The position numbers and the translations under genes are program-made. From Macrostomum lignano (Eukaryota), in assembly GCA_002269645.1 (NCBI GenBank), contig NIVC01000152.1, positions 682,001 to 746,000 on the forward strand: 64,000 bases of DNA, in the 5' to 3' direction. This document shows positions 1 to 13,816 of this stretch, one piece after another (positions within the stretch are counted from its first letter, which is position 1; every line of letters starts with the position of its first letter). The notes beneath the pieces are model-generated. The model was not told the origin of the DNA, did not search any database, and saw only the letters and a program-made list of their open reading frames with translations.

Positions 1-1711
1 TGATCTGAGGTCCTGAACCACTTGGCTATAAAAGCCATAAAATGAAAATTTACATACTACCTACTATAATTATAAACACTGCACACATTATTAATTACAA
101 TAACCAAGATTTTCTATGTAAAATATTAGATGGACTAAATGCAGACAAAAGCAAAAATTAAAAGTCAAGTGCATACGGGTTGTTCAGAAAGAAAGGTAAC
201 GATATTGTTTTGTTACTTAAAAAGTTATCAAAGTACAAGGTATACAAAATGTACTGCATTTCTTAGATTTATGTAGCAGTTTAAATTCCCTCCAATAAAA
301 TGAAGCTTCGCGGGTGAAGCCGGGAAGTGCGCGCGCGTCGCGCGTTTTTGGCTTTACGTCGTGAACACGGGTAGCGGGTTCCGAATAATGGGAAAATTCC
401 GGAAAAATTGTCAACGTCATGAGGTATAAGCTCAATTTAGAGTCAAGGACAACTAGTTGTCCATGTTTAGAGATGCAGAGGAAAACACTCCCGAATTACT
501 TTCTTAGCAAACCAGAAAGTTGAATTACACTGCAGGATGGGTCTAAATAGACAAATTTGGTTTGTTTGTGGACCGCTGCTGCTGCTGGCCTTGGGCCGCA
601 CCACCCCCCCCCTCAAAATCATATCCATCAGCGACGGACTCAGGGAGCAGGGTTTGGGCGATTGACCGACCAACAATTTTGTTGGGGTGGGGGGGTGCCT
701 TTCCCAATTACATGTTTTCGCAGTATGCTGTCAAGGACTACCTAGACTGCATATAACGAAGTGTAGTGGTCCTTGTATGCTGTATGCTGCTGCACGCGGA
801 ATATATTAAATACTCAAATATATGCCTAAATGACTAAATAATGTTACAATTATAAAAAGGCTTCCTCTATCCAAAATATATCAGAATTTGCATGCCCTTG
901 TGTTGCCCCCCCGCCAAATACATGTACAAACTGCAGTGTTTCTCTTCTTCCGCCGTGCCTAATCATGTCAAAAGTTTTTGGGAACCTTTTCTTCACACGT
1001 CTGTTAAACAGTAATAAAGTGTTTTGATCTTCTGTGATTCAGATTGCCCCCTCCCCAAGAAAATAAACCCTAGCTGCGTCTCTGGCTGGCCACTGCGGCA
1101 GCCGTCAAAAGCTCTGATTGCTCAGATTCATTAATCGATGCATTTACATGTATGCCACAAATTACATATATACAAAGTAAGTCAAAGTTCACGATGCAAG
1201 AAAAATTTTTTCATCAGAAAATCATCATACGCACCTCATGTTTTACTACAAGTATAGTGAATTCTTGGATAGCAGCCTTTTTATCACATATACATGTACT
1301 TAGAGGATGATGTTACGAAACATCAAAAACAACCTTTAAAAAAATTAATTTCAAGTAACTGCCAATACGATTAGCCGATTGCAGCTTGGAACTAGACTAC
1401 AGCTGTAAAAGTGGTGCAACAAGAAGAAACTCTGTCAGGTTCCAGATAGAGTTTTCTCGTTGTTGGTGACTGATTGCTCGTCGCCGACCTAGTGAAAGAC
1501 GTGCGTGTACCGCGTCAACCTGCTGATCGGGCGATGAGGTCTCCACACTACCCGCCTGGAACGGGTCTATTGAGAATTTCCCGCAGGAAAGTTTTCCCGC
1601 CGAGGTTTGCCTGCACAAGCTTTTCCCGCAGCGAGGTTTCCCCACAGCGAGGTTTTCCCGCGAGAGTTTTTTCAGTTCGGAATTTCAAGTCAATTCCAAT
1701 CGTATTATTAA

Positions 1712-2021
1712 AATCTAGTCTAGCCTAGTTTTTAATCTAGTCTAGCCTAGTTTTTAATCTAGTCTAGTCTAGTTTTTAATCTAGTCTAGTCTAGTTTTTA
1801 ATCTAGTCTAGTCTAGTTTTTAATCTAGTCTAGTCTAGTTTTTAATCTAGTCTAGTCTAGTTTTTAATCTAGTCTAGTCTAGTTATTAATCTAGTCTAGT
1901 CTAGTTTTTAATCTAGTCTAGTCTAGTTTTTAATCTAGTCTAGTCTAGTTTTTAATCTAGTCTAGTTAATGTCTAGTCTAGTCTAGCCTAGTCTAGTCTA
2001 GTCTAGTCTACTCTAGTCTAG
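1712..2021. repeat. 22-bp tandem array (AATCTAGTCTAGTCTAGTTTTT)n
   Basis: Directly visible, period 22, decaying into (TCTAG)n. Confidence 0.95.
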
Positions 2022-2067
2022 CATTGTCTATAGACTATATTTGATTTGAAATTTCGACAGGAAAAAT

Positions 2068-2178
2068 CCTGCGGGAAAACCTCCAGCGGGAAAACCTCCA
2101 GCGGGAAAACCTCCAGCGGGAAAACCTCCAGCGGGAAAACCTCCAGCGGGAAAACCTCCAGCGGGAAAACCTCGGCGG
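2068..2178. repeat. 15-bp tandem array (GCGGGAAAACCTCCA)n in the right arm of the MITE
   Basis: Directly visible, about 7 copies. Confidence 0.95.
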
Positions 2179-3194
2179 GGAACTTCCTGCGGAAAATTCT
2201 CGTACTCCCCCCTGGAACAACGCCGCATTCTGGCGGTCTCTAGTACGTAACTGCTGGACTGTCCTAACAAAACTGGAAAGTCAGTCCAGGCAAAGCCTCC
2301 CGGACGTCGGGAACAAGTTAACCGAGCCGCTGAATTCCGTCAGCATTCCGTTAGCTTTTGGCATACAGTTCGTCCGAATCAACCCATCTTAGAAAGAAAG
2401 AATTAGCATCTAAGAAGCTTTCTTAGAAAGGCCGTCTCGGAAAAGTCGTTGGGTCGTTTTGTACCTCTTCACAGAATGAAGAGCAACTTGGTCCATGTAC
2501 TCAGTCTTCAGTAATCTGCTCACTTTTTACAATAAATTTACACTCACTGCCATACGTTACTTTAGTGCAAATTCATTCATAGATCAAGTTTTGTCCGCAT
2601 CCTGACTTGCATCGTAATTTTCTCTCTTGCTCTTTGCAAAAGAAGAAAAAAATCGGTTAAAAAGATCTATGTGAAATCTTGTCAATCAGCTGGTAGAAAA
2701 AATAACATTTAATTCCTCGCAAGCAGCTGTGGCAGGCAAGGTAAAGAAAACTTCAAAGCCAGGTAGGAGCAACAATTTTTCTGCTACACATTGATGTTCA
2801 TTTGGACAACGAAAATTGCTTTGCATGGTTTGGTCTTCCTCGGGACTCAGACCGCGATGCCCACACCTGGTCCCCGCAAGGACAACCCCGACCAAAAGGC
2901 AGCAATTACATCCGAGCAATTATTCATATAATCTACGAAAAAACCTTTTAAAGCAATGACCCAAGATGGAAAAATCGCTGCGCTGCCAATACTACCAATT
3001 GTGTAATTTATTTAAGCCGCAGCAAATCTACCGAAAACCAAGAACGTTAAGCATGCTCCGAGTACGAGGGAAAGACACTAAACACAAAAGAAGAAAATAT
3101 AACACAGCATAAATTTTGCCCCGAATTCGTCTCAACCCATCCAAGCTTTTAAGCCCTCTTTTCAGTGATTACCTGGCCGCCTGTAGCCCCAAGA

Positions 3195-3395
3195 GGACCC
3201 ACGGTCGGCAGGGTGTACAGGAGGGTGTACAGCGACCCTGATTTTCTCATAACATAGCTGTGTACACACAAACACACACCCTTTACCTCAGGGGTTGGTC
3301 GATACGACAAGCCCCCAGGCCGCTTGCTTTTACGCGCACCAATCCCGCAGAAATGGGACTGCAGAGCGGATTGGAACCAAGAGACCTTGGCATGA
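3195..3395 (-). mobile_element. Degenerate copy of a tRNA-derived SINE family
   Basis: Minus strand has a B-box-like ggttccaatcc and the 3' segment agaaaatcagggtcgctgtacaccct, shared with copies at ~27.8 kb and ~39.2 kb. Confidence 0.45.
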
Positions 3396-4563
3396 TGCGT
3401 GTTTGCCGTCAAAATCTTTTATTAAATTTTCCAAGCTTTGGGTGACGTCTTTTGTTGACGAAGGAAGTTTTGGCCAGGTAAAATTCTACTGTGTGCGTTC
3501 ACCTTTTTGAGAATACGAGTAGCCTTTGGTTGGACGCCATAATAATGCGCGCCAAAATAAATGATCGCAAACCAACAGTTCTGATTGCTCCGCTTGCTCT
3601 TGAAGTGTAATTACAAACTCGAGGCTACAAGCCGTACACTTATTATCCCACGCCAATTTCATGTAATCTACTGAGCAATTCCACTCCCGGCTAACACAGG
3701 AAACCCACAGCGAATCAAAGCGGTCTGACGCGGGGCTTGGGCCTGGGCCCGTGGAACCGAAGCTCGATCGGCTTGGGGATTCCTGCCGCCAATGGATGCG
3801 GGACGAGTGGGTGGGGCAGTGCGGCCCATTGCATTGTTTGTTAGAATAACCCCACCCCGCGCCAACCCCATGCTCTGCCTGCCCTCAAGCGCGTCTCTCT
3901 CTCGATCAGTTTATAATTGCCAGCGCAAACAATAAGCGAATAAAATTAATTGCCATCACCTGCAGCGAGTCGTCGACCGCCGCGCTTCCCCCTCTCGACT
4001 CTCGAAGGCACAAAACGCGACCGAGGCGTCTCCGCTGCCCGACCCAGCAGGTAATTACACAGCATCCGCTCCTCTTCCAGGCTTGTCTTTCTGTCCTCCT
4101 GCAGGCCTCTGATTTCATTTAGCAACCCTGCGAGACTGGGGCCCAGCCTAATTAAGGCCCGTGCTGACACCATTGAAAGCGAGAGTGGTCGCCGCGGGGA
4201 GCCGCCCGAAATTAAATCCCCCCGCCACTCTGCGACACGACCCCCCCCAAGTCGCCAATCCAAAACTGTTTGTCTCCGTTGAGCACCAGCTTCTCTCGTG
4301 TTCGCAATCGTGCTCAACTTGCACACCTCACTCTAGCCTGTGTTCGCTGCCTTCACTTCTGCTCCAAACCAATATTTGCTACTAATAGAACTGCGCTTAG
4401 TGGCCACAAATATTTCTCTGGCCCAATTCCGCTGGCGCTTATTAATTTTTTAATTATTGAAATAAGTCAACTTTCACAGTTTATTGTTTCTCCCACAACT
4501 GGTTGTTAGAACTATACATCTCTGATATCATTGTTGGACAACTGCGATCAGCTGTAGCGGAGA

Positions 4564-7500
4564 ATGTTCAACCACCACCATCAGGAGCGTCATGGATTTC
4601 AGCAGCCGCAGCCGTCGTCTCAGCCGCAGTATCAACCATGTCAACAAAACCCTCTGCCAGACTATTGCCGCAAGCTGACTGTCAGGGGTGAGTGCGATTG
4701 CAATTATGTATAGAGTCACACTGTGGGGGATCAGGGTGTAGCAGCGGGTCACACTGTGGGGATCAGGGTGTAGCAGTGGGTCACACTGTGAGGGATCAGG
4801 GTGTAGCAGCGGGTCACACTGTGAATGATCAGGGTGTAGCAGCGGGTCATACTGTAAGGGTTCAGGGTGTAGCAGCGGGTCACACTGTGGGGGTTCAGGG
4901 TGTAGCAGCGGGTCACACTGTGAGGGTTCAGGGTGTAGCAGCGGGTCACACTGTGAGGGTTCAGGGTGTAGCAGCGGGTCATACTGTAAGGGTTCAGGGT
5001 GTAGCAGCGGGTCACACTGTGAGGGTTCAGGGTGTAGCAGCGGATCACACTGTGAGGGATCAGGGTGTAAATCACAGGAGTTCAGGCGGTGTAAATCTAT
5101 TTATTCAGTTATTTACCAGCAAAAGGTAAAAGTGGGCTGACAGCTAAAACAAGGTAGCTAACATTTCATCATTTTCCATCTATCGGTCTTTTGCTTGAAA
5201 AATCATAATCCCCGTCGTAAAATCGTTTGTCCGCCCCCATAGGCGCTCCGAGCATCTGAAGTGCCTATTCAGCATTTTCAATCTGCATAATGGCTTTATC
5301 AGTTGTTTCGGCACTTGCTGCTTTTAAAAGCAATAGCTATTTAAAAAAGAGCCGCATTAACAATGTATTGACAATGCTGGCTGAAGCAAACAGGCAGTTT
5401 TCAATTAACAGGTCCACTCCGCTCCATTTGAAACGGGTCCCCCATCGTCTTTTGTTTAAATTGGCAGAGCAGCTCCAGCGCGGCAAAAAACTAATTAAGC
5501 AAAACGGCTGTCAGTGAAGTGTGTTTATCGCTGACAAACTCATCAATTATCAAATAAAAACAGTTACCAAAGTCGCTATATCCGATGGAAAATCAATTAA
5601 TTAATCGCGATATGCCGAACTGGGCTTTTGAGCGCCAGAATCGCAATTATTCGGCATCCTGGTTCCAAACTCGGGATGCCAAATTGAAAACCAGGATTCC
5701 AGCTGGCATCGGTGGAAAAATTCAAAATCAAATGAAATACCAACATCTGTACTGAAGCTTCTGCTTAGGAGGGGATTAGAAAGTTAAAGAGATGCACGCT
5801 CAATACGCGCGACTGTCACACGGCTGCTGTCAGGGTCAGAGAGTCAGAACTATTTAAAAAATTGTCGCAAAAAAGCATCGAATCTACATGTATCTTGAGG
5901 GAGAACTGCTGTGAGCTTTTTATTGTATCTTGCAAATATGAGCTTTTGGTTAAGAGCTTTTGGTTAGGAATTCTCGTTGCCAGTTTCCTTGGATGGATCG
6001 AGACAAAGGTAATTATCAAAATTGCCTTGCTCCCCCCTGCTGTGCCCCCGGAGTCCTTTTCATTTTTACTACTCAATTTCCCGCACGTCAGCAGTGGTTT
6101 CTGCTGGATTTGAATCTGTTCCAAATGCTTACATACCTACCATTTTCCATCCATTTGATTCCAGACTAAATTCTTGAAAGTTTACTAGCTACCAGTATGT
6201 CACAAGCCTATGATCCAAGACACAAGCCTTTGATCCAAAACACAAGCCTTTGATCCAAGACACATGCCTTTGATCCAAGACACAAGCCTTTGATCCAAGA
6301 CACATGCCTTTGATCCAAGACACATGCCTTTGATCCAAGACACAAGCCTTTGATCCAAGACACATGCCTTTGATCCAAGACACATGCCTTTGATCCAAGA
6401 CACAAGCCTTTGATGCAAGACACATGCCTTTGATCCAAGACACATGCCTTTGATCCAAGACACATGCCTTTGATCCAAGACACAAGCCTCTGATCCAAGA
6501 CACAAGCCTTTGATCCAAGACACATGCCTCTGATCCAAGACACATGCCTCTGATCCAAGACACAAGCCTTTGATCCAAGACACAAGCCTCTGATCCAAGA
6601 CACATGCCTCTGATCCAAGACACAAGCCTTTGATCCAAGACACATGCCTCTGATCCAAGACACAAGCCTTTGATCCAAGACACAAGCCTTTGATCCAAGA
6701 CACATGCCTCTGATCCAAGACACAAGCCTTTGATCCAAGACACAAGCCTATGATCCAAGACACAAGCCTTTGATCCAAGACAAGCCTCTGATCCAAGACA
6801 CGTCTTTGATCCAAGTCACATATCTTTGATCCAAGAAACGTGCCTTCTATGTTAGATACAAATTCTTTGATCTAATACTGCACAGCTACTTCAGTCCAAG
6901 ACTAAATAATGTCTTTAATACAAAACTCCAGACTCTTTATGTCAAGATATGAACTCTTACATAGGACACACAAGTTCTACGAGTCCCAAGACCCTTCAAA
7001 CTTAGCGATCGCATCCCCATTTCCCTTCCAGACTCGAACGGCGTACTGAAGGAAATGATCTTCCCCAAAGCGCTGGATCTCGACAGGCCAAAACGAGCTC
7101 GGACGACATTTTCCAGCGATCAGCTGGTCCGACTGGAGGAGGCGTTCAGGCACAATCACTACATGGTGGGCAGGGAGAGAAACGAGCTGGCTAAAGCCCT
7201 GGGCCTGTCTGAAACCCAGGTGCGAAACTAATTAAACGGAAAAGTAGTCAATTTCAATTATTTTAATAAATTTCCCGCTTGCACCGCTGACGTCATAGTT
7301 CGTTGCAAATGTCTCACGACCTATTTCACTGCTGCAACAGGTGAAAGTCTGGTTCCAAAACCGACGCACGAAGTTCAAACGCGACCAGGGCGGCGCCGGT
7401 GTGACGGACGATGCCGGCGCGGGCGGACAGTCGGACAGCAGTCCGCCCGGACGGCCGAGGACGCCTCCCGAGCTGCTGAAGCTCAGCAAGCCGCAGCAGG

Positions 7501-7787
7501 GTGAAGCCGCCGCAGCGGCGGCAGCTGCTGCAGCCTACATGTACAGCATGCCCTGGTACAGGCAGTCGCCAACAAGCAGCACAGGGCCGTCGTTTCTCAT
7601 GCCGGGAATCGCTCAGCAGTCGCAGGTGCCGCCGGAGACATCGCCGCAACCATCTTCGCAGTCGTCAAGTCGGCAGCAGCACCCAGTAGAGTCCAATGTG
7701 GGTCATTTTTCGTTCGTTCAGTCGACTTACAGCTTGCCAGCTCCGTACAGTCAGATGCAGGGCTTGTTCAAGCCTAGGGGCGTGTGA
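4564..7787 (+). CDS. Vax: Vax (ventral anterior homeobox) transcription factor, 3 exons, 252 aa
   Basis: Exons 4564-4687, 7032-7219, 7341-7787, all GT-AG with consistent phases. Spliced product has the Vax-diagnostic [31 protein letters not shown] before homeodomain [59 protein letters not shown]. In-frame TAG at 4555 precedes the ATG. Confidence 0.93.
4717..5070. repeat. 33-bp minisatellite in Vax intron 1
   Basis: Unit cagggtgtagcagcgggtcacactgtgagggtt, about 10 copies. Confidence 0.95.
6198..6835. repeat. 20-bp minisatellite in Vax intron 1
   Basis: Unit tgatccaagacacaagcctt, about 31 copies. Confidence 0.97.
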
Positions 7788-7912
7788 ACTGACGTTTTGG
7801 GTTTTACTAATAATTGTCACAATGCTTTTTGCTTAGCTTGTTCTCTGTTTGTTTAAGGCTATGTATGTTTTACTTCGATTGTTTTGATATCGGCATTTCG
7901 CAAGTCCGGGGA

Positions 7913-8407
7913 CGGAATGCGGAGTGAGGTGGGTGTTTGGCTCCACCACGGTCAACTTTGGGAGAAGGAATGCAGAGTGAGGTGGGTGTTTGGCTTCACC
8001 ACGGTCAACTTTGGGGAGAAGGAATGCGGAGTGAGGTGGGTGTTTGGCTCCACCACGGTCAACTTTGGGGAGAAGGAATGCAGAGTGAGGTGGGTGTTTG
8101 GCTTCACCGCGGTCAACTTTGGGGAGAAGGAATGCAGAGTGAGGTGGGTGTTTGGCTTCACCACGGTCAACTTTGGGGAGAAGGAATGCGGAGTGAGGTG
8201 GGTGTCTGGCTCCACCACGGTCAACTTTGGGGAGAAGGAATGCGGAGTGAGGTGGGTGTCTGGCTCCACCACGGTCAACTTTGGGGAGAAGGAATGCAGA
8301 GTGAGGTGGGTGTTTGGCTCCACCACGGTCAACTTTGGGGAGAAGGAATGCAGAGTGAGGTGGGTGTTTGGCTCCACCACGGTCAACTTTGGGGAGAAGG
8401 AATGCGA
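7913..8407. repeat. 54-bp minisatellite just 3' of Vax
   Basis: Period 54, about 9 copies; explains ORFs 7884-8504, 7937-8455 and 7952-8446. Confidence 0.95.
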
Positions 8408-9505
8408 AACTTTTTTCACTTTTTTACGGAATGCAAAGTTTTTCACGCACTATAAGCTCGTAAAAAATTTTCAATGGCGTGAAGAACAAACATCCGTGTT
8501 GTAGCGTAAATCATCCCTTACAGTAGATAATACCTTATAGTACTCGTATGCATTCTCTCTACCTTCGCTACCTTGAGTAATTTTGCGTTGTGTGTGCTTT
8601 ATCGCCGATTTATTTGTTCTACTTGTCAATCCCATGTTTTTGTTGAGTCACATTGAGTCACGTATAGATCGTACTTTTCAAGCGTTATCTTTAGCTGTGC
8701 ACCACCTTATTCGGAATGCATGTGCTTAAACTATCATGCAGTTAGCACAGTAGCAATAATACTGGCCGCTTCATTCAGTTTTAAAGTCCTAAAAAATACA
8801 CAAGGCATGCGAGGGTTTCAATGACTGATTTATAGGCGCCCGAGTATAACAGCCTGATGTCAATGAAGATTCTGTGTAACTATTTGGCTGAAGCGATTGC
8901 CCTTTACTAACCCGAACCCGAACACTAACCATAACTCCCACCTAATAAAGTGCGAGTAGAAAACGCAGATCCCAAGATTTAGAGGGCCAAAACATTGATG
9001 CTCAGCTGTCCCTACCTTTGTGTGGCAACTATAATTGGTGGGTAACTCAGCAATTTTCTCCTCCGTCTACGGTCGCCTTTATCCGACGCCCAATGATTGG
9101 CCAATCTTGTCACCTGGCTGGCTGCTCGGCTGATATAATTGCATGCGGCTCAATCAAAGCCCTAAAGCAGAAATCTAATTAAGCAGGTGGGGACGCGCGG
9201 ACGGGTGTCTGGATACACTATAGCTGGTATATTGTATTGGCAGATTATCTCTCAGGTACTAATTGAGGATTCTCAGACTATCTAACAGATTTCCCTTTTA
9301 CTATTAAAAAAACTACTTTTGCTGATTCCCTAATTAACTTGGGCAACCATTTTTTATTATTGAAAACACCGATTAATTTATATTATTAGCTTGTTTTAGA
9401 CAATTACAAACTGTATTACAGTAGCATAACATCAGTGATATTCAAAGTTGCGTCAAACCAATCGATAAGCAAATGGAGGCGAATGATCTCGAAAACAATG
9501 TTCAC

Positions 9506-12500
9506 TCAGGTCTCACTTCGGACTTCTGCTGTCTCTTCGGCAAGATGTCTGAAATTGGAAAATGTTTCAGTTTAGTCGTACACAACAACAACAAACAACA
9601 ACAAACTACAGCAACCCTGGGCAAGCCAATTAAGTTGGGGTGCTGTCAAAATGCGCGCGCAAGCGCAGATTTGCGCAGAATAGCGAGTCCGCGGGGGTCG
9701 GAGATTTCAGCGTCTCTTAAAAGCAGGTCGACGAAACGCAGACTTCTCGCCTGACCAAGCCGCCGCGGCCCTTGAAGGGATAGCAGCAGCACGTCTTGAA
9801 GCGGCTCAGGGCAGTACTGCTCTGCCCGGATGACGTGGCCGGCCAGCTGCAGGCGCTGCATAACTCGTCATTGCTGGTGTTGGTGGCGGCGGTCGGCGAG
9901 TAGTGGACACCGAAGGCGGCTCTCAGGAGTCCAGTGTGAGTGGCGTCGAGTTGCCGCTCGTGTGGGCCGTTCAGTGTCCACATTTCAGCGTTGTAAAGGA
10001 GGACGGTTTCAATGACGGCCTGGAACAGCCGCCCTCTCAGCCGATCCGGCAGCGCGGGGCTCTGCAGGACAGTCCGCACGGTGCGGAATGTGCCCCTAGG
10101 CAAGCGCCCTGCGCCGTGCCATGTCCTCCGTGATGCTTGGCACCAGACCACCGAGGTAGACGAACTCTTTGCAGCGGGGCAGCAACGCCACCTGCCCGTT
10201 CGTGCAGCGGCAGTAGATCTCAGCTGGGAGGTCCGTCGGCACGGTCAGCACCATCGTCTTTTTGGTATTCACGGACAGTCCGATCGCAGCGGCCGCCGCC
10301 GTCAGCTGGTCTAGCAGCATTGAGCTCCTTCAGCTGTGCTAGACAGCAGCGCTACATGTAGATCGTTCGCGTACGCTAGGACGGAGGGTCACTTCTCGGG
10401 GTGCCGCCTGCGTGTTCTGCGACAGAGCAAGAATCCTTTGGAGTCGTCAGGGAGGCCAGTGCGCAGTACCCAGTCCAGGACCAGGACGAATAGAGAAAAG
10501 GAGCCAAGGTGTCCCCTTGGAGAACGCCGGAAGACGTGTCGAAGAAGTCGGAAAGGCCAATCGGTGTCACAACTGCCGCCCTAGTTTCCTGTTACAGAGC
10601 TAACACAGCCGTCACCAGCTGCTCGGGTACGTGATACGCGCGCAGGATGTTCGCGATGACACCGACACCGACAGCCTCGACACCGAGTGAAAGGCCTTCA
10701 GGAAGTCTACGAAGATGCAGATGATGGTCGACTGGTGGATGCGGGCCTCTTCTAGAATTCGACACAGAGCGAGAATTTTGGTCACAGTGCCTCTGCCTGG
10801 CCGGAATCCATTTTGCTCGCGCCGGAGGAACGGGTCCAGCACTGGCTGCAGCCGCGACAGCAGAACTCTGTTAAATAGCTTAGCTGTGCTCGCCAGACAT
10901 TAGCGAAATCCCGCGATGTTCTTCGACCTTGACGGAACCTGGTTTCTTTGGGATCCCGACGATATGCGCAGTCCGCCACTCAGCAGGGGCGGGGCCCCCA
11001 GCTAGCACGCAGTTCATCACTCGTGGGACTTCCAGCGCGACTTGCAGGAGGCGCAGCACCTCGACAGGCACGTCGTCTGGTCCAGTAGCCTTGTTGCCTG
11101 GCGTCTTCTTTGCAAGTTGGAGCACTTCGTCGATGGTGATGGGGCTGATGTTAAAGGAGCTCTCCTCTGGCAGCTCAACCTCCGTGGGCCATGACATGTC
11201 GTCCCTTTGCGGCGGAGCAGGCGCGTTGACGATACCAGCGAAGAAGGTCCGCAGCTCGTTTCGCCTCTCTTCGGGCGTGTCACCCGCCAGGTTCAGAGCG
11301 TTGCGTCTCTTGCGGCCTGTCAGCTGATTGACGACCGACCAGACGGCACGCGGTTTCTTGTCGGGACCGGCGTCCGTGATCTCTTGAAAAGCGGTCTCTA
11401 CCGCGGCGCGTTGCCGGGCTTTAAATTCCTCCACTAGAGTCTCGTCTTCCTTCTCCGCGGGCTGTCCGCTCCTCCGCAGTCTCTCCACTGTCAGCTCGGG
11501 CCTGCCGCAGCACTTCGTCGTTCTGCCACACTGGCCGACTCCTTTCTGCTGGCTTCACCAGCGGTAGAGTTTTTGTAGCGGCGGCTTGGATGGCGGCACT
11601 GATGTCCGGATACTCGCCTGGGGTTGTTGTATCTGGCCGTTCTTCTAGCGCCTCGGCAAATGCCAGACAGAAGCGGCCACTTGTAACCAGGTCGCGTAGG
11701 GCGCGGAAGTCGTACACCAACACCCCATAAACTAACCCATAATACACCAACACCCCATAAACTAACCCAGAATACACCAACACCCCATAAACTAACCCAT
11801 AATACACCAACACCCCACAAACTAACCCAGAGTACACCAACACCCCACAAACTAAGCCAGAGTACACCAACACCCCACAAACTAAGCCAGAGTACACCAA
11901 CACCCCACAAACTAAGCCAGAGTACACCAACACCCCACAAACTAAGCCAGAGTACACCAACACCCCACAACTAAGCCAGAGTACACCAACACCCTACAAA
12001 CTAAACCAGAGTACACCAACACCCCACAAACTAAGCCAGAGTACACCAACACCCTATAAACTAACCCACAATGCACTAACACTTCATAAACTAACTCAGA
12101 ATACACCAACATCCCATGCATAAACTAAGCCAGTAAACACCAGTGGCCGATAAACCCGCGAAGACCCTCTAGGAGTGCATGACTAAGTCCCACAATTCAT
12201 GTTGCATCTTCATGCATTTAGATTCTCATAAAAAGCCAGTAGAACTGATGCGAGCTTATCATGAAACTACTCACCTCAGTACAAAGTAGGCAGTCAGTAG
12301 AACAAGAATGTAGAATGGAAAATTTAACCAGAAGTTGCTGATGCTATCAAGCATCACTTGCTTATCGATAAAGAAGTGGTGAATATCTGGCGACTGGTCA
12401 TCTTCATCAGGACCCATTGATCTTTTTAGAAGTGCGGCTACTGCAAATGATCGGATTGAGGATAGTTGCTTAAACAAACTGTTATTTTGGAGCCGAGAAC

Positions 12501-12540
12501 AATAGTTAAGTATGCTCTGATTGACTGTTACCATAGACAA
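9506..12540 (-). CDS. Possible last two exons of an unidentified membrane-protein gene
   Basis: Open frame ending ...LDSISNFWLNFPFYILVLLTAYFVL with a strong AG/GTGAGT donor at 12275/12274. It joins in phase 2 to an acceptor (ttttccaatttcag) at 9548 giving RHLAEETAEVRSET*. Upstream exons not established, no homology recognised. Confidence 0.3.
9582..11712 (-). mobile_element. Degenerate, 5'-truncated non-LTR retrotransposon (RTE-like) with a reverse transcriptase domain
   Basis: Minus-strand fragments in several frames carry RT motifs: KKTPGNKATGPDDVP, HRGISLMS, EQNGFRPGR, IFVDFLKAFHSVSR, SGVLQGDTLAPFL, YAND (normally YADD), GLSVNTKKT, FVYLG. A (TTG)n-type 3' tail lies at 9582-9605. No endonuclease domain is present before the satellite at 11713. 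Clade assignment is tentative. Confidence 0.9.
11713..12115. repeat. 30-bp minisatellite at the truncated 5' end of the retroelement
   Basis: Unit tacaccaacaccccacaaactaagccagag. Confidence 0.95.
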
Positions 12541-12627
12541 CTATAGTTCCTGGGTCTGTTAACAGAGATTATAAACCTTGAATGATTATAGACTGATAAA
12601 AATCAATGAACTATCATATAGATTTAA

Positions 12628-13438
<811 letters not shown>

Positions 13439-13816
13439 TGATAAGCACATTTCGGGAAAAGTATTTGTTTTTGAAAATATGCTGTAAAAGTCAGACAATC
13501 CTAAATTATTTTTTTAATTATTAATGTCTTTTCTTTTTTCCTGCCTTGCTTGTAAATGCAAATAAACGCATTACGAGCCACGATCACATTGCTGTCTGGA
13601 GAAATATTTCGAACAAAAACTTTTCCTTTTCAAAGCGGGAAAACGATTTTTTAAACTTGTCCCAGTTCTTACTTTATGGCTGCAATTCGAAACAGGTTTC
13701 CTGCTCTCTGACAGTCATATTTAATCTCGCAGTCATGCGGCTAATTGACAATATAATACCTTCAGAACTCTTTTACGAGCGTAACTGCAAATCGAGCAGG
13801 CCTGCCCCTCTAGAGA

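Larger units (their letters stand above)
1572..2201. mobile_element. MITE-like non-autonomous DNA element; imperfect inverted arms made of TTTTCCCGC motifs around a central satellite
   Basis: Left arm 1572-~1695 (gagaatttcccgcaggaaagttttcccgccgagg...ggaatttcaagtcaa) is the reverse complement of right arm ~2040-2201 (ttgatttgaaatttc...cctcggcggggaacttcctgcggaaaattctc). No clear TSD. Confidence 0.65.
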
